DNA from: a virus
Strand: one strand, 5' to 3'
Length of the DNA: 64,000 bases
Virus record (IMG/VR): IMGVR_UViG_3300046337_000201
Span: 11,161 to 75,160 of that record
Positions 9,237 through 19,776 of this stretch are shown piece after piece (the first letter of the stretch is position 1; every line of letters starts with the position of its first letter). Below the pieces are notes generated by a model. That model was not told the DNA's origin and searched no databases. It saw only the letters and a program-made list of their open reading frames with translations. The translations under genes and the position numbers were made by a program.

Positions 9237-10058
9237 TTATTTAGTGTATCTAAATTGGTCGAAAAACCATTTGTAGTTATTCCAAACCCAGTCACAAATA
9301 TCTTGTCCCAATAACGCTTGTGCTTTAGATAGGACGGGTGATAATTTAGTTCTAATAACATGGTCTCCAAAAGCACCATACACTTCATCATCCTCTTTAG
9401 TAACTTGTTGTATATTGTCAAAATCGTGTTCAAAATAAGGTATTTCAAGATAATTGTATATTTTTTTCATTTGAGAATCAGGGTATAAACACAAGTCCTC
9501 AAACTTTATGAATAAAACATTATCAGATATTTTTAATCTAAACAACTCAGCTAGTCTTTCAATAGCCATCCCCACTGGTGGGTTTTGAGCCCATATATCC
9601 ATTCGCTTTTGAACATTAGTGCCTTGCATCTTACTCCAATCCAATATAGGGTCTTGTTTTTCAGGACTCTTTCTATAATTACCTTCCATAGAAGCAAAAA
9701 TGTCTCTAAGGTCTCTAACCATACAAATAATCTTTGGCTTTTCTCCAATAACGAATTGTAAGAAGTCATGATGAATACCCCATCCTCTTGACTTATCTAT
9801 TACATATTTTTTATCAGTTATTGCTTCGTAGAAAGAAATCATACCACCTTTGCAAAAGGCTTGAAAACCTTTTTTCATTGTTTCTGCATCTTGAGCTTTA
9901 AACTCAGGACTATTGGTATAATTGGCTCTTGCGGCAAACATCAACTCTAAAACACCACTCGTTGGAGTAGCGTAAATGTCAGGATTTTGAGCCATCAAAT
10001 TCTGTAACAGGGTACTGCCCGAGCGAGGCAAAGAGCTTTGATAAAAAATCTTTTTCAT
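9237..10058 (-). CDS. Sulfotransferase
   Basis: 5'-PSB SLPRSGSTLL, DKSRGW, 3'-PB VRDLRDIFAS, KFEDL. Confidence 0.9.
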   Translation of the reverse strand: MKKIFYQSSLPRSGSTLLQNLMAQNPDIYATPTSGVLELMFAARANYTNSPEFKAQDAETMKKGFQAFCKGGMISFYEAITDKKYVIDKSRGWGIHHDFLQFVIGEKPKIICMVRDLRDIFASMEGNYRKSPEKQDPILDWSKMQGTNVQKRMDIWAQNPPVGMAIERLAELFRLKISDNVLFIKFEDLCLYPDSQMKKIYNYLEIPYFEHDFDNIQQVTKEDDEVYGAFGDHVIRTKLSPVLSKAQALLGQDICDWVWNNYKWFFDQFRYTK

Positions 10059-10060
10059 GG

Positions 10061-10819
10061 TTATATTTTTTTAAAATGATGTTTACAACATGTTCCGTTG
10101 TTTTTTATTGATTGTCTTATTGCTTGATAACTAATATTAAATTTTTTTGCAGCATCAATATATGAATTAAAAATTTCGTTTGTTTCTTCACATAATATTT
10201 TTACTCCATATATTAACTTTCTTGAATTTGATAAATTTAACTTATGTTCTTTTGATTTTGGTTTTTTATTAATAATTTTTAAAATTTCTTTATTATGTTC
10301 AGTCATTGTTCTACCAATTTCTTTTTGTTTTTTAGAAATTTTCAATTTATGACTTTTAGATAAGCCTTTTACATAACCTAATTTTTCATAATAAATTAAA
10401 TCTTCTTTTTTTACATATTTTACTAATTCATCTTTATAAATCCATACTCTACCAAAACTAGGATTTTTATCTCCTTTAAATTTGTCTCTTAATTCTTGTA
10501 AACGATGCTCTGATAATTTTGTACCTCTAGTTGGATTTTCTATAAATTCACCAATATTAAATAATTCAATTCCATCATTTCTATATTTATTCGCCCAAAA
10601 TGTTTCTCTCTCTATTAAATCATTGATATTACATTCTTCTATAACTTCAAATAATAATGAATTAAATCCATATTTATTGTAACTATTTTGAAGATTAGGA
10701 TTTGAACAATTATATTTTAGATTTGATTTATGTCTAAACCATCTATTTTTTATATTAGAACTACTTCCAATATAAACTTTATTATTATTAATACAAGTTA
10801 TTTTATAAATACCTATCAT
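10061..10819 (-). CDS. Free-standing GIY-YIG homing endonuclease
   Basis: GIYKI...VYIGSS...R...H...E; NUMOD-like C-terminus. Confidence 0.9.
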   Translation of the reverse strand: MIGIYKITCINNNKVYIGSSSNIKNRWFRHKSNLKYNCSNPNLQNSYNKYGFNSLLFEVIEECNINDLIERETFWANKYRNDGIELFNIGEFIENPTRGTKLSEHRLQELRDKFKGDKNPSFGRVWIYKDELVKYVKKEDLIYYEKLGYVKGLSKSHKLKISKKQKEIGRTMTEHNKEILKIINKKPKSKEHKLNLSNSRKLIYGVKILCEETNEIFNSYIDAAKKFNISYQAIRQSIKNNGTCCKHHFKKI

Positions 10820-11691
10820 TATTTTAAAGACTCAATTATCTCATCTAAATTAAACATTTCTCTTTCATCATTGTAAGGAAACTCTTGTAAGTCACCTGAA
10901 ATGTTGTACTTGTTTAAATAAGAACTTCTTAATTGAATATTATTTGTTTCTTTATTTGCAATGATATTAGTATGCATATCATACCCGAAAACGATAGGGC
11001 TATTAGCTATCCATAAAACTGAAGAAGGCTTGTCTAATGCTGCTGCTGCGTGTTGAGCAAAGCTATCCATTAATAACCTTTTTTCACTCATAGCTATTAA
11101 AACAAGTAAACCTCTAAAATTATCTTGAACACCTATGGTGCCATCATATTTTATTTGGTCATCTCTTCTAATATGTACAATGTTGTAAGCTTGGCTATAC
11201 GTTTTGATAATTTCCAAAACGACATAAGAAGGAATATCTCTAGCCCATGAATATTTTAATTCAGATTGCCCACCTCCATTTGTTTGTAAAAGGAGAATAG
11301 GCTTATCTGAATTATATTTGTTTGCAAAGAAGTCAACTTCTCTTTTAGTAAGGAACAACTCACCTTTCTTCTTTACGATAGGCAAATTGAACATGTTACA
11401 CCAAGTTTCGATTAAATGTTCTTCACATTTTATGTTTTTAGTCTCAAGATAAGGGTCATGAGCTAAAACAAGTATTTCTTGATTTTCAATGTACTCTTTA
11501 TAAAAGTATTGTTGTCCTCCAAAAGCGTAAGTTCTATCTACATTTGGATTGTTTAGATAGACTTCAGGATAGCCTGAAACAACAATTAGTTTACTAGTAG
11601 GGTACTTTTGCTTAATGGAAGCACAAACTGCGGTAGAGGCAATACACTTACCAATTCCACCATTAATTTGAAAAATAATTACATTAGGCAT
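10819..11691 (-). CDS. GT-B glycosyltransferase, GT9 (heptosyltransferase)-like
   Basis: GGIGKCIASTAV...LNNPNVD...DSFAQHAAAAL. Confidence 0.75.
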   Translation of the reverse strand: MPNVIIFQINGGIGKCIASTAVCASIKQKYPTSKLIVVSGYPEVYLNNPNVDRTYAFGGQQYFYKEYIENQEILVLAHDPYLETKNIKCEEHLIETWCNMFNLPIVKKKGELFLTKREVDFFANKYNSDKPILLLQTNGGGQSELKYSWARDIPSYVVLEIIKTYSQAYNIVHIRRDDQIKYDGTIGVQDNFRGLLVLIAMSEKRLLMDSFAQHAAAALDKPSSVLWIANSPIVFGYDMHTNIIANKETNNIQLRSSYLNKYNISGDLQEFPYNDEREMFNLDEIIESLK

Positions 11692-11700
11692 ATATTATAT

Positions 11701-12435
11701 TTAATTGTTTACATATTTCCAATTGGGATAATTAATCGAATTTAATTTTCTCCATATTTTAGTTCTATTTACATTAAAATTTTTAGAGTAATGTATTATA
11801 GAATCATAAATAATTCCTTCGATTTCTATTTTTTTATAAAGTTTAATAGCTCTTTTATCTTTTTCTTCTTGAGATTGTTTTCTTCCTATTAACTTTTCTC
11901 TAGCCTTTATTGCATTCATCCAAGAATGTAAACTAGATTTACCAATATTACTTTCAGATATTTTTCGTTTATGTTCTTCGGATAACCTTTTTCCTTTTTT
12001 AGCATCTGAAAGTTTCTTTATGATAGCTAGATTTGACATAGCTTTCCTAGTAGCTATTTTAGTTTTTTCTCTATTATTTGGATTTTTATAATACTCAGTT
12101 AATGAAATTTTCAACTTCTCCTTTGTTTCATCAGAAATTTTACCATATCTTCCAGCACCTTTTAAATTTAACATTTCAAATCCACAATCTTTATATTGTT
12201 GTAAATATAATTCTTCATAATTATTCAATACTTCTTGAGATACATCATTTGGTAATTCTTGTACTACATTAAACAAATGGGCTTCCCATCCATATTTGGA
12301 TAAAGAAGCCCATAGTTTAACTTGACGCTTACAATTAAGTGATGAGTATTTCGATACCCTACTTTTTAAATTTATACTTTGTCCAATATAAATTTTATTA
12401 GTAGGAGATTGTATTTTATAAATACCTGAGTTCAT
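11701..12435 (-). CDS. Free-standing GIY-YIG homing endonuclease with NUMOD3 repeats
   Basis: SGIYKI...IYIGQS; SEEHKRKISES. Confidence 0.9.
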   Translation of the reverse strand: MNSGIYKIQSPTNKIYIGQSINLKSRVSKYSSLNCKRQVKLWASLSKYGWEAHLFNVVQELPNDVSQEVLNNYEELYLQQYKDCGFEMLNLKGAGRYGKISDETKEKLKISLTEYYKNPNNREKTKIATRKAMSNLAIIKKLSDAKKGKRLSEEHKRKISESNIGKSSLHSWMNAIKAREKLIGRKQSQEEKDKRAIKLYKKIEIEGIIYDSIIHYSKNFNVNRTKIWRKLNSINYPNWKYVNN

Positions 12436-12458
12436 TTATATTTAGTTAATTTATAAAA

Positions 12459-12466
12459 CAAATTTA
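12459..12466 (-). promoter_or_regulatory. Bacteroidota-type -7 promoter element TAAATTTG
   Basis: Matches TAnnTTTG about 25 nt upstream of the 12435 start. Confidence 0.5.
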
Positions 12467-12507
12467 ATTAAAAATGTGATATAAAATACTAAATGTAAAC
12501 ATATATT

Positions 12508-12834
12508 TTACATATATTGTACTTCTACAAAATCAGAAACCGCTACACCTAATTTTGCCGCAGCAATGGTTAATAAAATAGTGTCATCAGTTCCCCAAGT
12601 AGCTAAATCCTCTGAAGTTAATTCTAAATCAGAAGAACCTAATTCTTGTAAACGAGTTTTTTTACCTTTTACTTCTAAGTTACCAAATACAACTTGGAAG
12701 CGATTTTTAGCTGCTCCTGCTATATAAGGTCGACCAATAACACTCATATGGTTAGCTTCGATTACTTCAGGTTGGCTAAAAGGGTTAGTTTGTTTTTGAA
12801 ACTTAGCAGTTGGATTAATTTTTCCTACTAACAT
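12508..12834 (-). CDS. Hypothetical protein (possible fibre-associated chaperone)
   Basis: Directly downstream of the fibre cluster; WGTDD motif. Confidence 0.5.
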   Translation of the reverse strand: MLVGKINPTAKFQKQTNPFSQPEVIEANHMSVIGRPYIAGAAKNRFQVVFGNLEVKGKKTRLQELGSSDLELTSEDLATWGTDDTILLTIAAAKLGVAVSDFVEVQYM

Positions 12835-12913
12835 GATTTTTAATTTTTAATTTGATTGTAAATTTATACTTTTTTTGTTTATAGATTAAAGATAACTATT
12901 TTTTAAATATTTT

Positions 12914-14179
12914 TTATACGATTGTTAATACTCCACTATTAGACCATACTGCACCACTAGGAAGCCCTGCGGCACTTGTTGGTATAGACATTATAGATAA
13001 GTTGTTTACAAAAGTGGTACAATCTCTATTAGCAGTTATGCTAGTTCCTGATATTACAACATTATTATATCCACTATCCGTACTAGATTGCCCATTCAAA
13101 ATAGTTGAATAACAACCACTTGCAGTGTTACAATAACCATTAACAATAGATGAATGTCTTCCACTTGGAGTATTGTAACGACCACCTACTATTGTTGAAA
13201 AGCTTCCACTTATATTATTAAATTCTCCAGTTCCCAAATATGCAAAACACCCAGTGGCTACGTTACAAAAACCACTACCCATATATGAATAACATATACT
13301 TGAGGAGCAGTTACGATACCCACCACTAATAGTATTAAAAAGACCACAAGCCTCAATAAATCTACCATTACCTATGTAAGCGTATTCGCCACAAGCAATA
13401 TTATTGAAACCATTAACTATCGTTGCCCAACAACCACAAGTAGTATTACCTCTAATTGGGTTCACATCACCACCACCATTCCCTATAAAATTATATTGCC
13501 CACTTGCAGTATTCCCATGACCACCACCTACTATTGAATTACATGCACTAGCAGTATTAAGACACCCATTTAAAATTGTAGAATAATTTGCAGAAGATAA
13601 GTTAGACCATCCATTTAAAATAGATGAATATCTAGCACTATCACAATTATTATAACCACTACCTATAAACCCTCCATAACAACTAATAGTATTACAATTA
13701 CCACTACCTATAAAAGAATAATTTCCACTACTACTATTTTTAGTACCACCACCTATAATTGAATTATACCCACTTGCACTATTACAATAACCACCAATAA
13801 TAGTTGAAAAAAATAAAGTAGCACAATTGTAAAAACCACCACCTATAAAAGCAAAATATGAAGTAGCACAATTAGTAGTACCACCACCTACAAATGAATA
13901 TTGCCCACTTGCAGTATTATTACAACCATTACCTTTTATAGAACAAGTACCAGTACCTACAACCATTGGCGAAGAACCACCACCTCCACTTGCACAAATT
14001 GTTACATTACCAACACCACAAGTAGGGCTTATTGTTATGTTTGAACCCGCTATAATAGAAGTTACACCACCACCACTTCCTCCGCTTCCACTAACAACTA
14101 CTCCATTGCAACTAACTAAAGTACACCCATTAGGTATGCTTGGTATTTTAAGACCATTTTTTACTACAAATTCATTCAT
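12914..14179 (-). CDS. Cys/Gly-rich beta-helix fibre/adhesin 4
   Basis: 14-15 aa repeats NxASGxYSxIxGG; C-terminal IPTSAAGLPSGAVWSNSGVLTIV. Confidence 0.7.
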   Translation of the reverse strand: MNEFVVKNGLKIPSIPNGCTLVSCNGVVVSGSGGSGGGVTSIIAGSNITISPTCGVGNVTICASGGGGSSPMVVGTGTCSIKGNGCNNTASGQYSFVGGGTTNCATSYFAFIGGGFYNCATLFFSTIIGGYCNSASGYNSIIGGGTKNSSSGNYSFIGSGNCNTISCYGGFIGSGYNNCDSARYSSILNGWSNLSSANYSTILNGCLNTASACNSIVGGGHGNTASGQYNFIGNGGGDVNPIRGNTTCGCWATIVNGFNNIACGEYAYIGNGRFIEACGLFNTISGGYRNCSSSICYSYMGSGFCNVATGCFAYLGTGEFNNISGSFSTIVGGRYNTPSGRHSSIVNGYCNTASGCYSTILNGQSSTDSGYNNVVISGTSITANRDCTTFVNNLSIMSIPTSAAGLPSGAVWSNSGVLTIV

Positions 14180-14225
14180 TTTTTTTGTTTTTTAAATTCA
14201 CTATCCTTTAAAAAATTATAATACC

Positions 14226-15770
14226 TTAAGCTATATTTAAAACACCACTATTGTTCCATATTGTTCCTGTAGGTAAACCTGCTGCACTTGTTGGTAAGCC
14301 ACAAGACCATAAACCTGAAATATGCAAAGTGTTACTTGCCACTGCACAAATTCCATTTCCTATAATAGTAGCTTGAGTAAACCCACAAGTACAATTATTG
14401 TTACCAAATATAACACCTTGACTAGCATCTATTACGTTACAACTACCCATAATAAAAGAAGTCTCGTTATAATTACCACTAATAGTATTAAAATTACCAT
14501 TTAAAATAGCATTATTACTAGCAGCATTTATAATATTAGTATTACCATTACCTATAAATGAAAAATACCCTCTTTGTATTTGGCTATTACCTCCATTTAT
14601 TATCACTCCATTATCTCCATAAGATGCAGAAATACTATTTGAACCACCTTGTATAATTATGGATTGCCCACCACAAGCTATGTTTTGTTGCCCACCTAAT
14701 ACAATAGAGTATGCACCACTTGTTGTATTAGTTTTACCTCCAAGTATAAATGAACAATCAGCAAGTGCATTATTACAACACCCATTCAATACACTAGAAT
14801 TAGTACCACAAGCAGTGTTATGTGCTCCATTCCCTATAAATGCGTTTTGCCCAATATTGATAGAGTTATATGCTCCACTTCCTATAAATGAGGAATATGT
14901 ACTTATAGTATTATAAGAACCTGAAACTATTGCACTAAAATGAGCTCCACTACAAATAATATTATTTTGTCCACCACCTATTAAACCACCATTTGCAATA
15001 TTATTTCGACCACCAACTATTAAACCACCATTTGCAATATTATTTCTGCCTCCACCTATAAAACCACCTCCACTACAAGTAGTATTACAATAACCACCAC
15101 TTATAGTACCATATCCACCACTAATAGTGTTATGATAACCTCCACTAATGGTTGAATTACTCGTATACCCATTTATTGTGTTAAAAGAACCACCTGAAAT
15201 TGTATTAGCGTGATAACCACTATAAGTAGAAAAAGTTCCACTCTTAATTAAATACCCACTACAAGTATTAATTGTAGGGTCTACGCATATTGTTGTTGCA
15301 GTCCCATCAAATGAAGAACCACACACAACCATATCAAAATAATTAATTTGTGGGTCTCCATATAAATCTTGAGATGAAACTGTACTACCAACTGAATAAT
15401 ATGCAGTTAAATCTCCAAAACAAGCAGCTAATGTAGTTGCACCACTTACAAAACCATTAAAATATCCACCACTTTGGCTATTAGGTAAGGCATCACAAGC
15501 GATTACGTTAAAAGCACCACTTAAAATGCTACTATTTTCAGAAGCAACTACACTACCAAGACCACTTACACTTGAACTACAAGCACTTGCATTTATATGA
15601 TTACAACAACCATAAAATGGATTAGCAGTAGTAAACCCACCACCACCTCCTCCACCTACGTTACAAGCATAGGTAGAATACGTTACACCACATTGTTCAA
15701 TTGGTATTAAACTATTACATACATCTACGCTTGTAAGTAAAGGTAATTCGGTTATTTTAACATTAGACAT
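14226..15770 (-). CDS. Cys/Gly-rich beta-helix fibre/adhesin 3
   Basis: N-terminal VKITELP, same repeats, C-terminal LPTSAAGLPTGTIWNNSGVL. Confidence 0.7.
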   Translation of the reverse strand: MSNVKITELPLLTSVDVCNSLIPIEQCGVTYSTYACNVGGGGGGGFTTANPFYGCCNHINASACSSSVSGLGSVVASENSSILSGAFNVIACDALPNSQSGGYFNGFVSGATTLAACFGDLTAYYSVGSTVSSQDLYGDPQINYFDMVVCGSSFDGTATTICVDPTINTCSGYLIKSGTFSTYSGYHANTISGGSFNTINGYTSNSTISGGYHNTISGGYGTISGGYCNTTCSGGGFIGGGRNNIANGGLIVGGRNNIANGGLIGGGQNNIICSGAHFSAIVSGSYNTISTYSSFIGSGAYNSINIGQNAFIGNGAHNTACGTNSSVLNGCCNNALADCSFILGGKTNTTSGAYSIVLGGQQNIACGGQSIIIQGGSNSISASYGDNGVIINGGNSQIQRGYFSFIGNGNTNIINAASNNAILNGNFNTISGNYNETSFIMGSCNVIDASQGVIFGNNNCTCGFTQATIIGNGICAVASNTLHISGLWSCGLPTSAAGLPTGTIWNNSGVLNIA

Positions 15771-15792
15771 ATATCTATTTTTTAATATTTTT

Positions 15793-17148
15793 TTATACTA
15801 TTTTTAAAGTTCCTGCATCATTCCATACAGCACCTGTTGGCAACCCTGAAGCACTTGTTGGTAGATTCCCTAACCATAAGCAGTTTGCGTGAAGTGTACA
15901 AGAAGCAGTTGCAGTAATTCCTGTTCCTGCAATTATGGCATAATTAAACCCACTATCATTATTACAATTACCATTTAATATTGTTGAACAATTACCACAA
16001 GAAGTATTGCAATTACCACTACCTATAAATGAATATTGCCCACAAGCTACGTTATTATTACCACCTAATATACTTGAATAGTTTTGATAATTAGTATTAT
16101 TGCAACCACCTAATATACTTGAAAAATTTCCATAATTAGTATTACAATAACCACCACTAATTGTAGAATAATTACCACAAGATATATTTGTAAAACCTCC
16201 AACTATGGTTGAATAAGTTGCACAAGCAATATTATATCTACCACTTAATATACCTGACATATATCCACTTGCAGTGTTGCGATAACCACCACCTATAACT
16301 GAATAGGTATTAGTAGCACAATTGTAAAAACCACCACCTATAAAAGCATAACTACCACAATTAAAATTATTAACACCTGCACCTATAAAAGAATTATTAC
16401 CTTGTATACAATTACCTGCACCTGCACCTATAAAACCACTACCTTGATAGCAAAGACCAACAATATTATATTCTCCACCACCTATAAAGCTATACCCATT
16501 GCTAATAGTATTAAGATAGCCTCCACTAATAGTTGAAGCACTCGTATACCCACTTATTGTATTAAAAGCACCACCTGATATTGTATTAGGATGATAACTA
16601 CTATAAGTAGAGAAAGTTCCACTCTTTATAATGTACCCACTACAAGTATTAATTGTAGGGTCTACGCATATTGTTGTTGCAGTCCCATCAAATGAAGAAC
16701 CACACACAACCATATCAAAATAGTTACATTGCGTAGTGCCATATACATATTGAGATGAAACTGTGCTACCAACTGTATAATACGCAGTTAAATCTCCATA
16801 CCCTGCACTAAATGTAGTTTGACCACTTACAAAACCATTAAAATATCCACCACTTTGAGTGTTTGGTAAGGCATCACAAGCGATTACGTTAAAAGCACCA
16901 CTTAAAATGCTACTATTAGTAGAAGCAGCAACATTACCAAACCCACTTACCATTGAATTACAAGCACCTACATTTAAACTATTACAACATCCAACAATAG
17001 AGTTTGCTATTGTAAATCCACCACCACCTCCACCTACGTTACAAGCATAGGTAGAATACGTTACACCACCTTGCTCAATTGGTATCAAACTAGTACAACT
17101 ATTTACGCAAAGTAGTAAAGGTAATTCGGTTATTTTAACATTAGCCAT
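15793..17148 (-). CDS. Cys/Gly-rich beta-helix fibre/adhesin 2
   Basis: N-terminal about 210 aa closely similar to 14226..15770; same C-terminal cap. Confidence 0.7.
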   Translation of the reverse strand: MANVKITELPLLLCVNSCTSLIPIEQGGVTYSTYACNVGGGGGGFTIANSIVGCCNSLNVGACNSMVSGFGNVAASTNSSILSGAFNVIACDALPNTQSGGYFNGFVSGQTTFSAGYGDLTAYYTVGSTVSSQYVYGTTQCNYFDMVVCGSSFDGTATTICVDPTINTCSGYIIKSGTFSTYSSYHPNTISGGAFNTISGYTSASTISGGYLNTISNGYSFIGGGEYNIVGLCYQGSGFIGAGAGNCIQGNNSFIGAGVNNFNCGSYAFIGGGFYNCATNTYSVIGGGYRNTASGYMSGILSGRYNIACATYSTIVGGFTNISCGNYSTISGGYCNTNYGNFSSILGGCNNTNYQNYSSILGGNNNVACGQYSFIGSGNCNTSCGNCSTILNGNCNNDSGFNYAIIAGTGITATASCTLHANCLWLGNLPTSASGLPTGAVWNDAGTLKIV

Positions 17149-17162
17149 ATATATATAATATA

Positions 17163-19049
17163 TTAATTCGTTATTAAGAAATTATTGTCCTCAGTAACAA
17201 TGAAATCTCCACTTTGAGTAATAATGTAAGCATCAGGAACATATGAATTATCAGGTAATAATTGTTTAGATAAAACAATATTCCAAGCGTTAGTATAAGC
17301 TATATCCACTAATAATTGAGCAATTATATCCATACCACTAATTACAAAGTTAAATAAAGCCATTGAAGTATCTCCAATGCTTATTGTTGAGGTTTGATTA
17401 AAAGTAATTGCAGTAGGGTCGCTAATATTCCAACCAACTACAATAGAGCCTGATTCACTATTACCATTACTCTTAATATTATAGTTATAAATTATAGTAC
17501 TATTATTAACTCTAGGAGTAGTATCTACATTGATAACACCACTTGTTGGAACTTGATTGTATAATTGTATGATTGTAGCACCACCTCCACCACCCGCATA
17601 AGGTACTAACATACCATTGCTATCGGCACAAACTGCACATCCACCACTTCCTCCATTTGTTAAGTTAGTAGCAACTAATCTATTTGACATGAATGAACAA
17701 GCCACATTATTCGTTAACCCAAATCCAAATACACCTGAATAAGAAGCACATGCAAAGTTGTTTTTACCTCCAACTATTGCAGAATAAGTACTAGATATAG
17801 TATTAGCTTTACCACCACCTATGAAACTAGAATACCCACCGCTAATTGTATTATTTGCTCCTCCACTTATCGTTCCATTATAACCACCTCCACATATATA
17901 ATTTGTATCACCACCTCCAATTTGACTATTCTCTGTTGTTATGCAATTCCCTGCTCCACCACCTATGAATGATATATATGCACTTGCTGACATGTGGTTA
18001 ATATACCCACCAACAATAGAAGAATACCCACAAGAATCATTTATATTACCATTACCACCACCTATGAATGCATAATTACCACTAATAGTGTTATTAGCAC
18101 CATTACCTATTAAAGACCTTACACCATTAATACTATTATTAGTACCACCTACTATTGAAGAAAAATCACAAGTTACATGATTACCAATACCACTACCTAT
18201 GAATGCATAATTACCACTAATAGTATTACAATCCCCAAACCCATTTCCACCACCTACTATCGTTGAGTTAGCACCACTTACTGCGTTATAACATCCACCA
18301 AGTATAGAAGAAAAATCACCACTTACTACGTTACAATACCCATTTAAAACATTTGAATATAATCCACTTGCTGAGTTTGAATATCCATTTCCAACAAGAG
18401 AATATTGAGCACTTGCAGTGTTACGTTGACCATTTATAATAGTACTAAGACAACTTGCACTATTACAACTACCATTCAATATAGTTGACCAATAGTCACT
18501 AGCAGTATTACACCTACCATTACCTACAAAAGAATAATGACCACATGATTTGTTAATAGAACCAGTTCCTATGAATGAAAATACATTTGTAGAATTATTA
18601 CTAGCACCACCACCTACAATTGAATGAGATTCACAAGCATTATTAAAAGAACCACCACCTATAATTGAATAATGACCACTCGTTGTATTTCCTCTACCAC
18701 CTAATATTAAAGAATAATCAGCACTCGCAGTGTTACAACACCCAGTGCCTACTAATGCATAATCACAACTTGCTACGTTAAATCTACCATTTAAGATAGT
18801 TGAAAAACCTATACTTGCATTATTACAACTACCATTAAGAATTACTGAATATTGAGCACTAGCAGTGTTTGAATATCCACCAAGTGCACCACTATATAAA
18901 CCACATGCATTGTTCCCTACATCACATCTAATCGCTGAACAATAACCTAATCCATCTACTATAATACCATTGCCGCACCCTCCACCACCACAACTTGTGC
19001 CGCCACCTATAAAACCAAAAGAATCAGTTCCTAAAAATGAACTACTCAT
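17163..19049 (-). CDS. Cys/Gly-rich beta-helix fibre/adhesin 1
   Basis: Same repeats; C-terminal beta domain ending YIITQSGDFIVTEDNNFLIT. Confidence 0.7.
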   Translation of the reverse strand: MSSSFLGTDSFGFIGGGTSCGGGGCGNGIIVDGLGYCSAIRCDVGNNACGLYSGALGGYSNTASAQYSVILNGSCNNASIGFSTILNGRFNVASCDYALVGTGCCNTASADYSLILGGRGNTTSGHYSIIGGGSFNNACESHSIVGGGASNNSTNVFSFIGTGSINKSCGHYSFVGNGRCNTASDYWSTILNGSCNSASCLSTIINGQRNTASAQYSLVGNGYSNSASGLYSNVLNGYCNVVSGDFSSILGGCYNAVSGANSTIVGGGNGFGDCNTISGNYAFIGSGIGNHVTCDFSSIVGGTNNSINGVRSLIGNGANNTISGNYAFIGGGNGNINDSCGYSSIVGGYINHMSASAYISFIGGGAGNCITTENSQIGGGDTNYICGGGYNGTISGGANNTISGGYSSFIGGGKANTISSTYSAIVGGKNNFACASYSGVFGFGLTNNVACSFMSNRLVATNLTNGGSGGCAVCADSNGMLVPYAGGGGGATIIQLYNQVPTSGVINVDTTPRVNNSTIIYNYNIKSNGNSESGSIVVGWNISDPTAITFNQTSTISIGDTSMALFNFVISGMDIIAQLLVDIAYTNAWNIVLSKQLLPDNSYVPDAYIITQSGDFIVTEDNNFLITN

Positions 19050-19053
19050 AATA

Positions 19054-19461
19054 TTATTTTATCAAATCAAGTAAATAAACTTCCTTATAAAGTTTACCTT
19101 GATTGAATACGAAATAACGAACATCTTCGTCATCATCTTTATTCAAATAAACACATACTTCAATATCTTTCGACTCCATTTGCGTTTCAAGGTTCTCTAT
19201 AATCTTCTTAATTTGAGGTGGCACTAATTGACTTAATGGCAACCCAAATTCTATTCTTCCTACGTTTAAAACCTCTTTTATAGTCAATTCTCTATTAGGA
19301 ACATAATTATGACAAATTAAATACTTTACTTGTCTATCCTCTTCCTCACCTAACTTTAAAAGAATCGAAATATCCAATTCATCCATTTTGTCAACTTTAG
19401 CAAACCTTTTTATTGCTTTACTAAAAATTTCTCTAGTTTTAGAGATAATCATTTCTTCCAT
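19054..19461 (-). CDS. Hypothetical protein with two internal alpha/beta repeats
   Basis: EEDRQVKYLI and DDEDVRYFV halves. Confidence 0.55.
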   Translation of the reverse strand: MEEMIISKTREIFSKAIKRFAKVDKMDELDISILLKLGEEEDRQVKYLICHNYVPNRELTIKEVLNVGRIEFGLPLSQLVPPQIKKIIENLETQMESKDIEVCVYLNKDDDEDVRYFVFNQGKLYKEVYLLDLIK

Positions 19462-19491
19462 TTTTATGATTTTTTTGTTTTGTAAATATGT

Positions 19492-19770
19492 CTATCCAAA
19501 TGATAACATGACCTCAGTTACATCTAATGATGTTGGAGCACTTATGGTTATTCCATCTAAGGGTTGAGAAACAGAAATAGCACTTAAAGTAACACCTTGA
19601 CCTGCTGATAAACCATTAGCTACCGAAGTCAAGCCATTAAAACTAGAAGTACCTAAAAAGCTTAAAGTTCCTGCTTTGCATAAAACAGTTAATCTTACCA
19701 CGTTTTGAGAACTAGATATAGTTAAACTCCCATCAGTAAGAACATAAGTAAATACGTTTGTTGCTCCCAT
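19492..19770 (-). CDS. Small all-beta protein, candidate penton/decoration protein
   Basis: 92 aa of alternating beta strands, upstream of the fibre genes. Confidence 0.45.
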   Translation of the reverse strand: MGATNVFTYVLTDGSLTISSSQNVVRLTVLCKAGTLSFLGTSSFNGLTSVANGLSAGQGVTLSAISVSQPLDGITISAPTSLDVTEVMLSFG

Positions 19771-19776
19771 TTTATA

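Noticed and set aside
9158-9769. Alternative-frame ORFs 9158..9448 and 9551..9769
   Set aside because: Overlap the well-supported sulfotransferase gene
1308-19049. Diversity-generating retroelement acting on spike or fibre repeats
   Set aside because: No reverse transcriptase in the window, both repeat copies are coding, and differences are not adenine-specific
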